A DNA stretch of 64,000 nt from Candidatus Bathyarchaeota archaeon (GTDB lineage Archaea > Thermoproteota > Bathyarchaeia > Bathyarchaeales > Bathycorpusculaceae), in assembly GCA_963832745.1 (NCBI GenBank), contig CAWHVC010000005.1, positions 1 through 64,000 on the forward strand. The letters run 5' to 3'. The notes under the pieces are model-generated. The model was not told the origin of the DNA. It worked only from the letters and a program-made list of their open reading frames with translations, and made no database searches. Positions 11,074-21,621 of the stretch are shown piece by piece (the stretch's first letter is position 1; the number at the start of each line of letters is the position of its first letter). A program made the translations under genes and the position numbers.

Positions 11074-12344
11074 TGCTGTTGGGGGAGGGAAAGGTTAGCT
11101 TCCAAGATTCAAGCGTATTCGATAAAGCCGGTTGTCAAAACAGTGGGAAGTTGGATTTGCAGCAATCCGCCGGCGCTAACCCCTTATGCCCCCGATGTGG
11201 TTCAAACAGAATCTATCGCGATGGATTACGCTACTTACCCAGCGGCATTGAGCCTTCAACGTTGGCTTTGCAGAGACTGCGGATACCGCTTCTCAGAAAA
11301 AGAGGCTGAATTGGATATAAATACACCAAAAGCCTTAACGATTAAGCGTCGAATATGCGCAAAAAATAAGGGAGCGAAAAATTTGACCAACACAACAGAA
11401 ATCAAAACTGTTGTGGAAGACAAAGCCAACCTTACGATTGTAAACATTGACCCTACAGTGAAAGGTAAACTCTTAGCTTATGAGTTCTGGATGCAAAAGC
11501 AAAACCTTAGCCCAGAAACAATACGACTAAATCGAACTTGCCTACGAATGCTAATCCAACACGGCGCAAACCTACTTGACCCCGAAAGTACCAAAGAAGC
11601 ATTAAACCGATACAAAGTTTCACAAAGCCGAAAACGCAACGCCATAAACGCATACAACCAATTCCTAAAACTAAACGGCATATACTGGGAAAAACCAAAA
11701 TGCAATGTAACCCGAAAATTTCCTTTCATACCCTTAGAAAAAGAACTTGACGACTTAATTGCTGCATCAGGCAAAAAGAACGCCGCATTTCTGCAACTCT
11801 TAAAAGATACAGCAATGAGAAGCGGAGAAGCAAAACGCATAAAATGGATAGACATAGACTTCGAAAAAAACATTATAACACTTAATGATCCAGAGAAAAA
11901 CAGCAACCCAAGAATGTGGAAAGTCAACGCCAAACTAATGGGCATGCTAAACATGTTGCCACGCAAAAGCCAAAAGGTATTCGGAGATGGACCAATAAAC
12001 TCTCAGAAGACCACCTTTACAAAAACACGTAAAGCACTCGCGCTTAAACTTGCAAACCCACGCCTGCTAAAAATCAGTTTTCACACATTCAGACACTGGA
12101 AAGCAACACAACTATATCACGAAACAAAAGACCCCTATTACGTAAAAGACTTCTTAGGTCACAAGGAGTTAAGAAACACAGAAATCTACATAAATATCGA
12201 ACGTACAATCTTTGAGTCTGCAAGCGACGGATTTCACTGTAAAGGTCACTGAAAACACTAGAAGAAATCAAAAGCCTATTAGAAGTAGGGTTCGAATACG
12301 TTTGCAAAAAGGACAACTTAATATTCCTGAGGAAAAGAAAATAA
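11073..12344 (+). CDS. Tyrosine recombinase/integrase with N-terminal Zn ribbon (frameshifts near 11250 and 12230-12260)
   Basis: CPRCGS...CRDCG; TAMRSGE (R), HTFRH, LGH, IY catalytic motifs; C-terminus LLEVGFEYV...FLRKRK* in a shifted frame. Confidence 0.9.
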
Positions 12345-12400
12345 GATAAAACCAAGCTATATCAGTGATGCGCCAAAAGTGGTCGAAATCACCGAAAAGT

Positions 12401-12474
12401 GGCCGGGGTGAGGTAGCTTGGTAGCCTAGAGGCCTGTGGAGCCTTTCGCCAGGGTTCAAATCCCTGCCCCGGCC
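12401..12474 (+). tRNA. tRNA-His(GUG), encoded G-1, no encoded CCA, no intron
   Basis: GCCGGGG/CCCCGGC acceptor stem, GAGGC-CTGTGGA-GCCTT anticodon arm, CAGGG-TTCAAAT-CCCTG T arm, G-1:C73. Confidence 0.95.
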
Positions 12475-12531
12475 CTCTCATGTTAGAAAAACTTAATTTT
12501 TCGATGAAACATCGTTTCTAATGGTGATTTT

Positions 12532-13533
12532 TTGCGTATTGCTTTTTTTGAGGTTCAAGAGTGGGAACGCATCTATTTGGAATCCGGGTTAAAGGGGCAC
12601 GAAATTCGCTTATTCATGGATGCTTTAGACGAAAAGAACGCCTTAGAGGTTGCTGATTTTGATGTTGTGTCAGTTTTTATTTACTCCAAAGTTGACAGGG
12701 CGGTTTTAGATAAGTTGGTTAAGTTGCGTTTGGTTGCTACTCGTTCAACTGGTTTTGACCACATTGACGTTAAAGAATGTGTTAAAAGGGGGATAACAGT
12801 CTGTAATGTACCTTTTTACGGTGAAATCACGGTAGCTGAGCATACATTTGCGTTGATTCTTTCGCTTTCCCGTTTGATTCATGACTCGTATGAACGCACC
12901 CGAAGGGGAGATTTTTCTTGCGAAGGCGTTGAAGGCTTTGATTTAAACGGTAAAACCTTGGGCATTCTAGGAACGGGCCGTATCGGAGTTAAAGTGATAG
13001 AGATTGCTAAAGGTTTCAGTATGAATATTTTGGCTTTTGACAGATCGCCCAAACTGGATTTAGCCTCTAATTTAGGCTTCAAGTATGTTCCAGCGGAAGA
13101 ATTGCTTGCAAAAGCCGATGTTGTTACGTTGCATTTGCCATTGAATAAGGATACTTTTCATTTTATAAACAAAGAGTCAATCGGTAAAATGAAGAAAGGC
13201 GTAATCATCATTAATACTGCACGAGGCGGACTTATTGACACTCACGCGCTTGTAGAAGCCTTGATTGATGGTCGAGTAAGGGGAGCAGGGCTAGACGTTT
13301 TAGAGGAAGAAACCCTTGTCCGTGAAGAAGCCCAGTTGCTGCTGGATAACATGCCAAGGGAGCAGCTTGCAACAATGCTGCGGGCACACATTCTTTTACG
13401 GTTGAACAACGTAATCATTACGCCGCATTGCGCGTTTAGCAGTCATGAATCCTTACAGAGGCTTGCCAATGTTACACTTGAAAACATTTGCGCATTCATA
13501 GGTGGGAAAACACAGAACGTAGTCAAAACGTAA
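12532..13533 (+). CDS. D-isomer-specific 2-hydroxyacid dehydrogenase (D-lactate dehydrogenase-like)
   Basis: RSTGFDHID, GILGTGRIG, NTARG, TPHCAF. Confidence 0.9.
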   Translation: MRIAFFEVQEWERIYLESGLKGHEIRLFMDALDEKNALEVADFDVVSVFIYSKVDRAVLDKLVKLRLVATRSTGFDHIDVKECVKRGITVCNVPFYGEITVAEHTFALILSLSRLIHDSYERTRRGDFSCEGVEGFDLNGKTLGILGTGRIGVKVIEIAKGFSMNILAFDRSPKLDLASNLGFKYVPAEELLAKADVVTLHLPLNKDTFHFINKESIGKMKKGVIIINTARGGLIDTHALVEALIDGRVRGAGLDVLEEETLVREEAQLLLDNMPREQLATMLRAHILLRLNNVIITPHCAFSSHESLQRLANVTLENICAFIGGKTQNVVKT

Positions 13534-13660
13534 TGGTTCAAAAAGTAGAATTTCCAAATTTTAGCATTGATTATCTTTTTTAGAAAAATCCTTGGAAAAA
13601 CAAGCACCGATAATTTAAACAAAGCACAACCTTTAACAAACAAATAACGTCATATTTCCC

Positions 13661-13870
13661 TTGTCTCGCCATAGATGAGCACCCATAACGACGGACTTAA
13701 CAGAGGAACGCAAGAACTATAAAGCTTGCACCTATGACCGCTTGAGTTCTACCCAATTATGGGACAGGTGAGGCAACGGGCGATAATAAATTCCCGCGCC
13801 GAGAGAGCTTAGCCAAGCTTAAAGCGACGCTCAGCTGTGAGGTTAAGTGTTAGGTTACGTTGGGAGACAA
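13661..13870 (+). ncRNA. Candidate structured non-coding RNA of unknown family
   Basis: Terminal TTGTCTC/GAGACAA pairing, nested helices, G-U pairs favouring + strand, upstream TTTAAA and downstream T-tract. Confidence 0.55.
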
Positions 13871-13960
13871 AAGCCCGCAAATAGTTTTTCTCATTTATGA
13901 TGTATTATGTCTCAATAAACTTTATAAAACTGTTTTGGAACCTTTCACACGTGAAAATCA

Positions 13961-15940
13961 ATGAATTATAGAACACAAGCAATCATCCTTACAATTTTAG
14001 TATTCATATGTTTAACATTACCAATATCAGGATTAGCCGAACCCATAACAGTCACATCCACAGGACCAGCACACATAGAGTTTTATAGCAAAACTCAAGG
14101 GCAATGCTATGTCGAAGTAGGAACAACTCCAAGCGAGACGCCAGACGAGTTCTATTTCGGTCAAGGCAACCTTTCAATAACAGGATATGCAGATGCAAAA
14201 ACAGACTATGACGGCGCAATTGCAAACAAAACTGTTTACGCCAATGGTAACATTCAACTTAAATTTAGTGACCAAACATTGAATCTTAACATACAATCAA
14301 GCAATGAAACCGTAGCTTACTTCTTAAGCGATAATTATGGATCCAAATACAATGACAATTACGCCATAGGATGCGACTTCAGCAAAGAAACAACTCCTAA
14401 AGAAATACATCTCGTATTAACTGGAAACACGACAGACAGATTTGGAACAAAGGCATTTTCGGGAACGTTAGTTTTCTACGTGGATGAAGAAACAACCTTT
14501 GAAGATTCTAACCAAGCAATGACTGCAATAATATATAATGGTGATAACACGGTTCTTGCAAGCATCATTTGGGTACAGGAAGATACAGCTGTACCGTGGG
14601 GATTCACTTTAAACGAGGCAGAAATGTTCCAGCATTCAGTAGATTTCTACGCTATCTCGCCTAGCCTAAAAATAGTTACAAACGCTGCAGGCAACTGCGT
14701 TTATTCACAGTTTCCTTCAGAATTTGATGACTACTCCGAAATGCCCCAACTGCAACACGGCAACGGAAGCCTCATCTTCAATGCGATGACTCTAAACGAG
14801 GCAAACGTTGAACAGTTTTCTGAAGAATATTACGGTTTTGATAGCGGAGTTTACGGTATTGGCTCGATTAATTTGAGCATGCAAAACAACCAATCAATAA
14901 ATGTTAACATTTACACAAACGGTTCAGGCGCAGGCGGAATGTTCCTCAGGGAAGGAAACCAGAGCATATTCCTAATTGGAAACGTTTACCAGAGCAGCGG
15001 AACTTTGGCTTTTAATGGCACACAACAAAACGCTACAGGAACATACAACATAAAAGGCACATTTGAAATTTACTCAATCGAAGTTCAACAAGAAAATTCT
15101 ACATCAACAATGTATGTAGTTGAAACCATTCTTATGAACGAAAATGAATATCCTATCGCCATTTCTATATGGTCACAAGGCGACTACCCTGAATTTTCAG
15201 AAGAAAACAACATCGATTTACTTGCAGCTGACAGCTTTGAACGCTCAGTAGATTATTGTCCAAGCGCATGCACCACCATAACTTCAGACAACAACACCAC
15301 AATCATTGCTGATCATACTACAGCAACGGGAGCAAAAATCAGCCTCAACGGCACAATCATACCAACCGGCACAATATTCAACATTACAACCGTAAACTAT
15401 GGCTCAACACAACCCATCAGCGTAACTAACCCACCAACCCAAGGGGCAACTTATTTTGAAACACGAATTATGCAGGCAAACGGTTCTGCCCTAAATGGTG
15501 TTACAGCAAAGATTAGTTTAACAGACTTAAGCTTTAACACTTCAAGCGCAATCTCATACTGGAACGGCACCACATGGGTAAAAGCAGTGAACCAACAGTT
15601 TACAGCGCCTAACACAATCAGCGGCGAAATTTTGGCGTCAGAATTAACTGACACTACAGTCATGGTTGATTATTCAGCCCCAACATCAACACCAACGCCA
15701 ACACCTACCCCTACAACAACGCCTTCTCCTTCACCATCTACTTCGCCTTCGCCAAGCAGTTCACCATCACCCACCACAACCCCAACAGCGACAGCAAGCC
15801 CATCAACATCTCCGGAAAACGTTATTCCAGAGTTCGGCGTGTTTGCGGTTTTGGGTTTAATGGCTTTGTTAACATTCTTTGCAGCTATTGTGCGCCTACG
15901 TGGCGGAAAAAGGACCGTTAACTTCGCACCCCAAATCTAA
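13961..15940 (+). CDS. Cell-surface glycoprotein with Pro/Thr/Ser linker and PEF-CTERM sorting signal
   Basis: Signal peptide, many NxS/T sequons, PTPTP/SPSP linker, VIPEF+TM+basic tail. Confidence 0.85.
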   Translation: MNYRTQAIILTILVFICLTLPISGLAEPITVTSTGPAHIEFYSKTQGQCYVEVGTTPSETPDEFYFGQGNLSITGYADAKTDYDGAIANKTVYANGNIQLKFSDQTLNLNIQSSNETVAYFLSDNYGSKYNDNYAIGCDFSKETTPKEIHLVLTGNTTDRFGTKAFSGTLVFYVDEETTFEDSNQAMTAIIYNGDNTVLASIIWVQEDTAVPWGFTLNEAEMFQHSVDFYAISPSLKIVTNAAGNCVYSQFPSEFDDYSEMPQLQHGNGSLIFNAMTLNEANVEQFSEEYYGFDSGVYGIGSINLSMQNNQSINVNIYTNGSGAGGMFLREGNQSIFLIGNVYQSSGTLAFNGTQQNATGTYNIKGTFEIYSIEVQQENSTSTMYVVETILMNENEYPIAISIWSQGDYPEFSEENNIDLLAADSFERSVDYCPSACTTITSDNNTTIIADHTTATGAKISLNGTIIPTGTIFNITTVNYGSTQPISVTNPPTQGATYFETRIMQANGSALNGVTAKISLTDLSFNTSSAISYWNGTTWVKAVNQQFTAPNTISGEILASELTDTTVMVDYSAPTSTPTPTPTPTTTPSPSPSTSPSPSSSPSPTTTPTATASPSTSPENVIPEFGVFAVLGLMALLTFFAAIVRLRGGKRTVNFAPQI

Positions 15941-15975
15941 CCTTTTTCTTTTTTCTTGGTTTTTTCTTTTCTTGT
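15941..15975 (+). terminator. Oligo-T archaeal terminator
   Basis: CCTTTTTCTTTTTTCTTGGTTTTTTCTTTT directly after stop. Confidence 0.55.
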
Positions 15976-16043
15976 TTACCTATTTATTTTTAAGCAGATT
16001 AAACAACATATGAAGAGAACAAAAACATAGCCGTGAACACTGC

Positions 16044-17132
16044 ATGGATATTGAAAGAAAAATCGAGCTTATCTGCAGACCGCCAACAGAAGAAGTCGTA
16101 ACAACCGAGGATTTAAGGCATCTACTTGAAATCGAAGAACATCCAGTCGCCTACAACGGTTGGGAACCCTCAGGTCTTGCCCACTTGGGAACAGGAGTAA
16201 TTTGTGCTTACAAAATGAAAGACTTCGCTGAAGCCGGCGTACACTTCAAAGCATTTTTGGCAACGTGGCATGCATGGTTAAACAACAAACTTGGCGGCGA
16301 CTTAACGCTAATCCGCAAGGCTGCTGACCTGTTTAGGCATTCATGGATTGCCCTTGGCGTTCCAGCAGACAAAGTGGAATTCATCTACAGCGACGAATTG
16401 TACAAGGATATTGATTACTGGGCAAAAACCGTCAAAATCTCAAAAGAACTCACCATCGCCCGAACCACCCGAACGCTGGAAATTGCGGGAAGAAAAGAAG
16501 GTGAAGCCCACTACGTTTCAGACTACCTTTATACGCCCATGCAAGTGGCAGACATTTTTGAAATGAAAGTGAAAATATGTCAACTTGGTATGGACCAACG
16601 CAAAGCCAACATGGTAGGACGTGAAATCGGCGAAAAAATTGGTTACTGGAAACCCGTCTGTGTTCACCATCATTTGTTGCAGGGGTTGGCTAAACCGGCG
16701 ATTTGGCCTATTCCAGAAGGGCAAGAAAGAGAAGCCATAGCCAGCGCAAAAATGTCTAAAAGCAAGCCAGATACCTGCATATTCATTTACGACCAGCCAG
16801 CGGAAATTAAGCAGAAAATGAGCAAAGCCTTCTGCCCCGAACGCACCGTCAAACACAACCCAGTCCTTGATGTTTGCAAATACATAATTTTCCGGGAAAA
16901 ATCAGGCGTCACTATTGAACGTCCAGCAAAATTCGGTGGAAACGCTGAATTCCAAAGCTACCAAGAACTCGAAACAGCATTCGCTGAAGGCAAACTGCAC
17001 CCGATGGACCTGAAAAATGGCGTCGCTACAGAACTCGGTAACATTCTTGAACCAGTACGGCGGTACTTTGAGAACAACCATGAAGCTAAAGATTGCCTTG
17101 AAACGGTTAGGGCAGCTAAGATTACAAGGTAA
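16044..17132 (+). CDS. tyrS: Tyrosyl-tRNA synthetase
   Basis: YNGWEPSG..HLG, MQVADI, GMDQRK, KMSKS, LHPMDLK. Confidence 0.95.
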   Translation: MDIERKIELICRPPTEEVVTTEDLRHLLEIEEHPVAYNGWEPSGLAHLGTGVICAYKMKDFAEAGVHFKAFLATWHAWLNNKLGGDLTLIRKAADLFRHSWIALGVPADKVEFIYSDELYKDIDYWAKTVKISKELTIARTTRTLEIAGRKEGEAHYVSDYLYTPMQVADIFEMKVKICQLGMDQRKANMVGREIGEKIGYWKPVCVHHHLLQGLAKPAIWPIPEGQEREAIASAKMSKSKPDTCIFIYDQPAEIKQKMSKAFCPERTVKHNPVLDVCKYIIFREKSGVTIERPAKFGGNAEFQSYQELETAFAEGKLHPMDLKNGVATELGNILEPVRRYFENNHEAKDCLETVRAAKITR

Positions 17133-17134
17133 CG

Positions 17135-17548
17135 ATGTCAACCAAACTCAAAGACAAACTGGAAAAGATTGAGCAAATCATAGCCAAGCTGATAGAAGAA
17201 TCAAGCAAAAGCTTCCCAGTTGTGGTTGAAGGCAAAAAAGACGCCGACAACCTCCGCCTTCTTGGCGTTGAAGGCAAAATTATAACAGTGAAAACTGGTG
17301 GCAAAAGCTATCTTGACGTGATATCTGAAATTGAAGCATCAGGCGCACGCAGGGTGATTCTTTTGTTGGATTTTGACCGTCGTGGAAAAGAGGGAACTAA
17401 ACGGCTCATTTTAGAGTTGGAACGGCTGCATATTGTGGCGGATGCACGGGTTTGGCGGCAACTTGCTGGTTTAATCAGCAGGGATGTTCAATGCATTGAG
17501 AGTTTACCTGCTTATCTAAAAACGCTCAAAACCAAAACGGGCGTTTAA
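17135..17548 (+). CDS. Small TOPRIM-domain protein
   Basis: VVVEGKKD and LLLDFDRRG. Confidence 0.85.
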   Translation: MSTKLKDKLEKIEQIIAKLIEESSKSFPVVVEGKKDADNLRLLGVEGKIITVKTGGKSYLDVISEIEASGARRVILLLDFDRRGKEGTKRLILELERLHIVADARVWRQLAGLISRDVQCIESLPAYLKTLKTKTGV

Positions 17549-17581
17549 CCTTGTTTTTCAGCATGTTAATGGCTTGTTTTT

Positions 17582-17654
17582 GCGTCATTAGCACCTACCC
17601 CCCTTTAGGTTTCTGCACACTATTTTCTAATAGGATCCAAACTGGTTGGCGAAC
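17582..17654 (+). repeat. Dispersed repeat copy A
   Basis: GCGTCATTAGCACCTACCCCCCTTTAGGTTTCTGCACACTATTTTCTAATAGGATCCAAACTGGTTGGCGAAC; similar to copies at 26.4, 41.0 and 51.3 kb. Confidence 0.8.
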
Positions 17655-17729
17655 AGCGCTAACCTGAATTTTAAGCATCTGAAAATTTATAAGCTCAACA
17701 AGTTAACGTCAGTATGAGGAGAGATTGCT

Positions 17730-18308
17730 TTGAGAAAAATCTTTAAAATCATAATAGCTATCGTCGCAGTTTTAGTTATAATTTTCGCTGTTTTTGCAGC
17801 CATGTTCGTACTGGACTTGTCTGCTTACAACGCGACGGGTTCACAAACATTGACACCGACTTACGATTCTGTAGGAAAAGCACTGGTTATTTATGACCCC
17901 GGCTACTCCGGCAGCACAACCAACGTTGCAAACAAAGTTGCCACTGACTTACAAGCTCAAAACTACACCGTCACTTTAGCAGGCATAAAAAGCGCTGATG
18001 CCCAAAACACAGCAGGCTACGACGTAATTGTAATAGGCGGACCAATCTACGCTGGCGTACCCACCGCTTCAGTAAAAGATGCACTAAACAACCTTCAACC
18101 CGACACTGGTGTCAGGGTAGGCGTTTACGGTAGCGGTCAAGGAGCAACAACCCCTGAAGACATAGCCCAAATCAAAAGCGGAGTTCCAGCGCTTGGAAGC
18201 GATGGAGCATTGTCAAATGCGGTTGTTGTAAAAATTGGTCAAGACGAAGACCTTGGCGCTCGAACAGCAGACTTTGTAGACCAATTAACCACCAAAATAC
18301 GCGGTTAA
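17730..18308 (+). CDS. Membrane-anchored flavodoxin-like protein
   Basis: N-terminal TM; YDPGYSGST, YDVIVIGGPIYAG. Confidence 0.75.
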   Translation: MRKIFKIIIAIVAVLVIIFAVFAAMFVLDLSAYNATGSQTLTPTYDSVGKALVIYDPGYSGSTTNVANKVATDLQAQNYTVTLAGIKSADAQNTAGYDVIVIGGPIYAGVPTASVKDALNNLQPDTGVRVGVYGSGQGATTPEDIAQIKSGVPALGSDGALSNAVVVKIGQDEDLGARTADFVDQLTTKIRG

Positions 18309-18367
18309 AATTTTTTCCTTTTTTTGTTTTTAGAAAATAATTAATAGAAAGAGCCAAAAAATTTGGC

Positions 18368-21168
18368 TTAAGAGGTTATTTGCTTTTTGATTGTGTCTTC
18401 AGCTGCTTTTATGGCGTCTTGCAGTTTGTCTGGCAAGGTTCCGCCGCCTTGTGCAAAGTTTGATCTTCCACCGCCACCTCCGCCAATGATTGGCGAGACT
18501 TGTTTGATGACTTGTCCTGCGTTGATACCTTTTGCAACGGCTGTGTCACCTGCCATAACCATGATGCGGGCTGTTTTGCCGTCTGAACCATAAAAGATGA
18601 CAGCTACTGCTTGGTTTTGCTTGATGATTTCGCTTCCAGTGGTTACCATGCGGTTTACGTCGATGACTTCGCCGAAATCACGTTTAACAATGGATACGCC
18701 GTTGACTTCTTCGGCTGCTTGGGCAGTTTGGGCTGTTTGACTTTCTTTTTCTGCGAGTTCTTTGATTAAGCGGCGTTTGTCTTGCTGGGTTTCCTTGAAT
18801 TCTTTCATGATTTTCTCGGCGGTTTTATCCAGCTTCTCGACTGGCGCATTAAGCGTGGCTGCAACGTTCCAGAGCAGGTTTTCCTGTTTCTGAACCTCCT
18901 TTAACGCTTGCAAGCCGACTGCGTATCCTAACCGTTCGACGCCGTCTTGGACGCGTTCGGTGTAGACGATTTTTATTATGCCGACTTCGATTGTGCTTTT
19001 GAGGTGGGTTCCTGCACAGGCTTCAACGTCCCAATCGCCGGTTTTGACGACGCGGATGTCTTTGCCGGGTACTGCTCCTCCTTGGTAAAGACGGAAACCA
19101 TAGCGTGCTTCTGCTTCGTTGCGGGGGTACCATGTGATGTCGATTTTAATGTTTGCCATGATTGCCTGGTTTGCCAAAGTTTCGATTTGGTGGATTTCTT
19201 CAGGTGTTAAGCGTCTGTAATGGGAAATGTCGAGGCGTGAGGTTTCAAGACCTTTCTGCGTGCCTGACTGCCAAACGTGATTCCCCAAAACTCGGCGTGC
19301 AGCACCGTTAACAAGATGGGTTACGGTGTGGGCTTTCATGAGGCTATAACGTTTTTCCCAGTTCAAGGTGGCTTTGACTGTTGCGCCTTCCTTGAAGGGT
19401 GCGGCAGCATTAATTTTGTGAACGATGACTTTGCCAATTTTTTGCGTGTCTACTACTGCAACCATGACGCCGTTAAAGTTTAGCCAACCTTCATCGGCTG
19501 GTTGACCTCCACCTTCAGGATAGAAACATGTTCTGTCTAAGACAACGTATTTTTCGTTAACAACTTTTTGGACTTTTGCTTCAAACTCTTTCATGTAAGC
19601 GTCAGCGTAATAGAGTGGTTCGGTTGGCGGCAGTTTTTCGGCTTCTTCTTTTAAGATTTTTTCTGCTTGTGCTTGTTCCTCTTCAGTTGCTTTGTGAGCG
19701 TTCATGTGACGGTTAGCGATTAGGGAGTAAAAGTTTTCTGGTACGTCTACTTGTACGCCTTCTTTTTCGGCTGCCTGCTTGACGATTTCAGGCGGAAGTC
19801 CGTGCGAATCGTAAAGTTCAGTGAGGGTCATTTCGGGCAGTTTACCGGTGCCTTTTGATTTTAGGTCGTCAGCAATGCGTTTAACCATGCCTTCTCCACG
19901 TTTAAGGGTATCTTGGAATTTTTCTTCCTCATTCTTGAGCATTTCAATGATTTCGGTTTGCATTGCTTTGATTTGTGGGAAGTCTTTTGACCAATAGTTA
20001 GCTTGCAACTCAATGATGTCGTAGAGGTTTTCGGGTTTCATGTTTAAGTTGAGCATAAGCCGGTAGGTGCGGCGGAAAAGCAGTCTTGCCAAGTAACCTT
20101 CCTGAATGTTAGAGGGCACGACGCCTTCGCTAAGCATGAAACTAAGGGTTTTTGTGTGGTCGGTTATTGCCCACGCGTTCTCGATTGGAATAAGACGTTT
20201 CTCCAAAGTTTCAAGGTCAAAGCCAGTTAATTGTGAAACGCGTTTGCGCAGAACCATGCGGTTTGCAGTTTTATCCACGTTAACAAGACCAGAGTATTTG
20301 GCGACTTGTGAAAGGAAGTCGTTGTCAACGTCGGTTATGCCTGCCATGTCGTAAATTTTGTTCAGCATGCCGCCGTAGATTGCTTGGAAGCAGCTGGGAA
20401 CGCCTTGGCTAATCCATGCAAAACGGTCAATACCGTAGCCGGTATCAACAGTTCGGATGGGTAATTCGACGAATTCGTCACCAACTACCTTGTACTGCAT
20501 GAATACGAGCGTGCCAACTTCGAGTCCACGCACTATACATTCAACGTCTGGGCCTGCGTTGCCTCCGCCAATCCAGACTCCTTCTTTGTAGACTACTTCG
20601 TCGCTTTTTATGCCCAACACTTCAGTTACGAAGCGGTGGTGATAACGGACGGTGTCGTCTTTCCAGTAAACTTCCTTGTCAGGCAGGTTAAAAGCGTGGG
20701 CGCCACCCATTTCGAAGATTGTTAAGTGCCTGCCAAATGTTGGTCCCGTGTTTGGAATGTCGGTTAATCTTATACTTGGTTGTGAAATAACCAGCGGGTT
20801 TGCTGGGGGCGGGCTGATGCCTTCGGTGACGTATGGTTGGAAGTCGATTATGCTTGCGTGTGTTAAGTAAATGTCGCTTCTCCAACGGGCAACTACGGGA
20901 TAAGGTTTGATGCGTGTGTGACCGTTTTGTTCGAAAAAGTTTAGGAATGCTTCACGCATTTCTGGCAAAGTGAATTTTTTTGTTGTTGCTGGTTCTCCAA
21001 TGAATGTGTAGTATCCGCATTCGTCAGAGCTTGATTCCCCGCAGGTTTCCATGTTGGGGTTTTGTGTCCAGAAGTATTCGCCGCATTTTGGACAGCGTTT
21101 GCGTATGAACCCTTCCTGTTTAAAGAAGGGCAACTCGTATGCTTCTGCTGGAAAGCTTTTCTCAACCA
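18368..21168 (-). CDS. alaS: Alanyl-tRNA synthetase (archaeal type)
   Basis: N-terminal CPKC Zn ribbon, DTGYGIDR, FYPEGGGQ, HTVTH/CAGTH editing domain, GGGGG C-Ala domain; start at ATG 21168 assumed. Confidence 0.97.
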
Positions 21169-21295
21169 TAAAACTGCCTCTTTGCACCGTAAGTTAAAGT
21201 TATTTAGAAAAGGGTTTATGGTCTTCACAGATTTAAAGGATTTCAATAAGACAAATAGGTATAGAGTTAAAAAAGGAAAAAAACTACCGGTCGCC

Positions 21296-21517
21296 TTATG
21301 TTAATGGCGGTGTTGCTTCATTGAAAGGTTTAATCTGGAAATCAGTACTTGTTAAGTTTTGATGAGGCTTTCTAAAATCAAACAAAATATTATTTTGCTG
21401 GTGTAAAGCTTGATTACTGACGATATAGAAAACGTTTAAAACTGCTGAGAAAGCAAGAAAAATCACAAGCACAATAATCGCTATGTTTTTTGTCACGTTT
21501 TTATCCAATCTCTCCAC
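21296..21517 (-). CDS. Small single-TM hypothetical protein
   Basis: GGA SD, hydrophobic segment. Confidence 0.45.
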   Translation of the reverse strand: MERLDKNVTKNIAIIVLVIFLAFSAVLNVFYIVSNQALHQQNNILFDFRKPHQNLTSTDFQIKPFNEATPPLT

Positions 21518-21621
21518 TCCTCAAGCCTTACAAGCTTCAATTAAGCAATAAAAGGCACAGCAAGTTATTATATCTAAACTTTAGTACAAGCAACCCAAAA
21601 CCTAAACAGCCAAGCCTCTGC

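Larger units (their letters stand above)
1..12400. mobile_element. Integrated element/defence island (left end outside window) adjacent to tRNA-His
   Basis: Tyrosine integrase ending ~57 bp before a tRNA, with putative Rep, RHH/wHTH regulators, type I RM and nuclease cargo; no second att copy seen in window. Confidence 0.7.

Noticed and set aside
13661-13870. RNase P RNA, SRP RNA or FMN riboswitch identity for the structured RNA
   Set aside because: GAGGAA is not followed by the P4 consensus and there is no matching CR-V; no SRP helix-8 motif; FMN-like words (AAATTCCCG, TGGGAGA, AGCCCGC) are in the wrong order
15676-15812. Tandem-repeat-like DNA (also 31686-31755)
   Set aside because: Encodes Pro/Thr/Ser linkers of surface proteins; not CRISPR or VNTR
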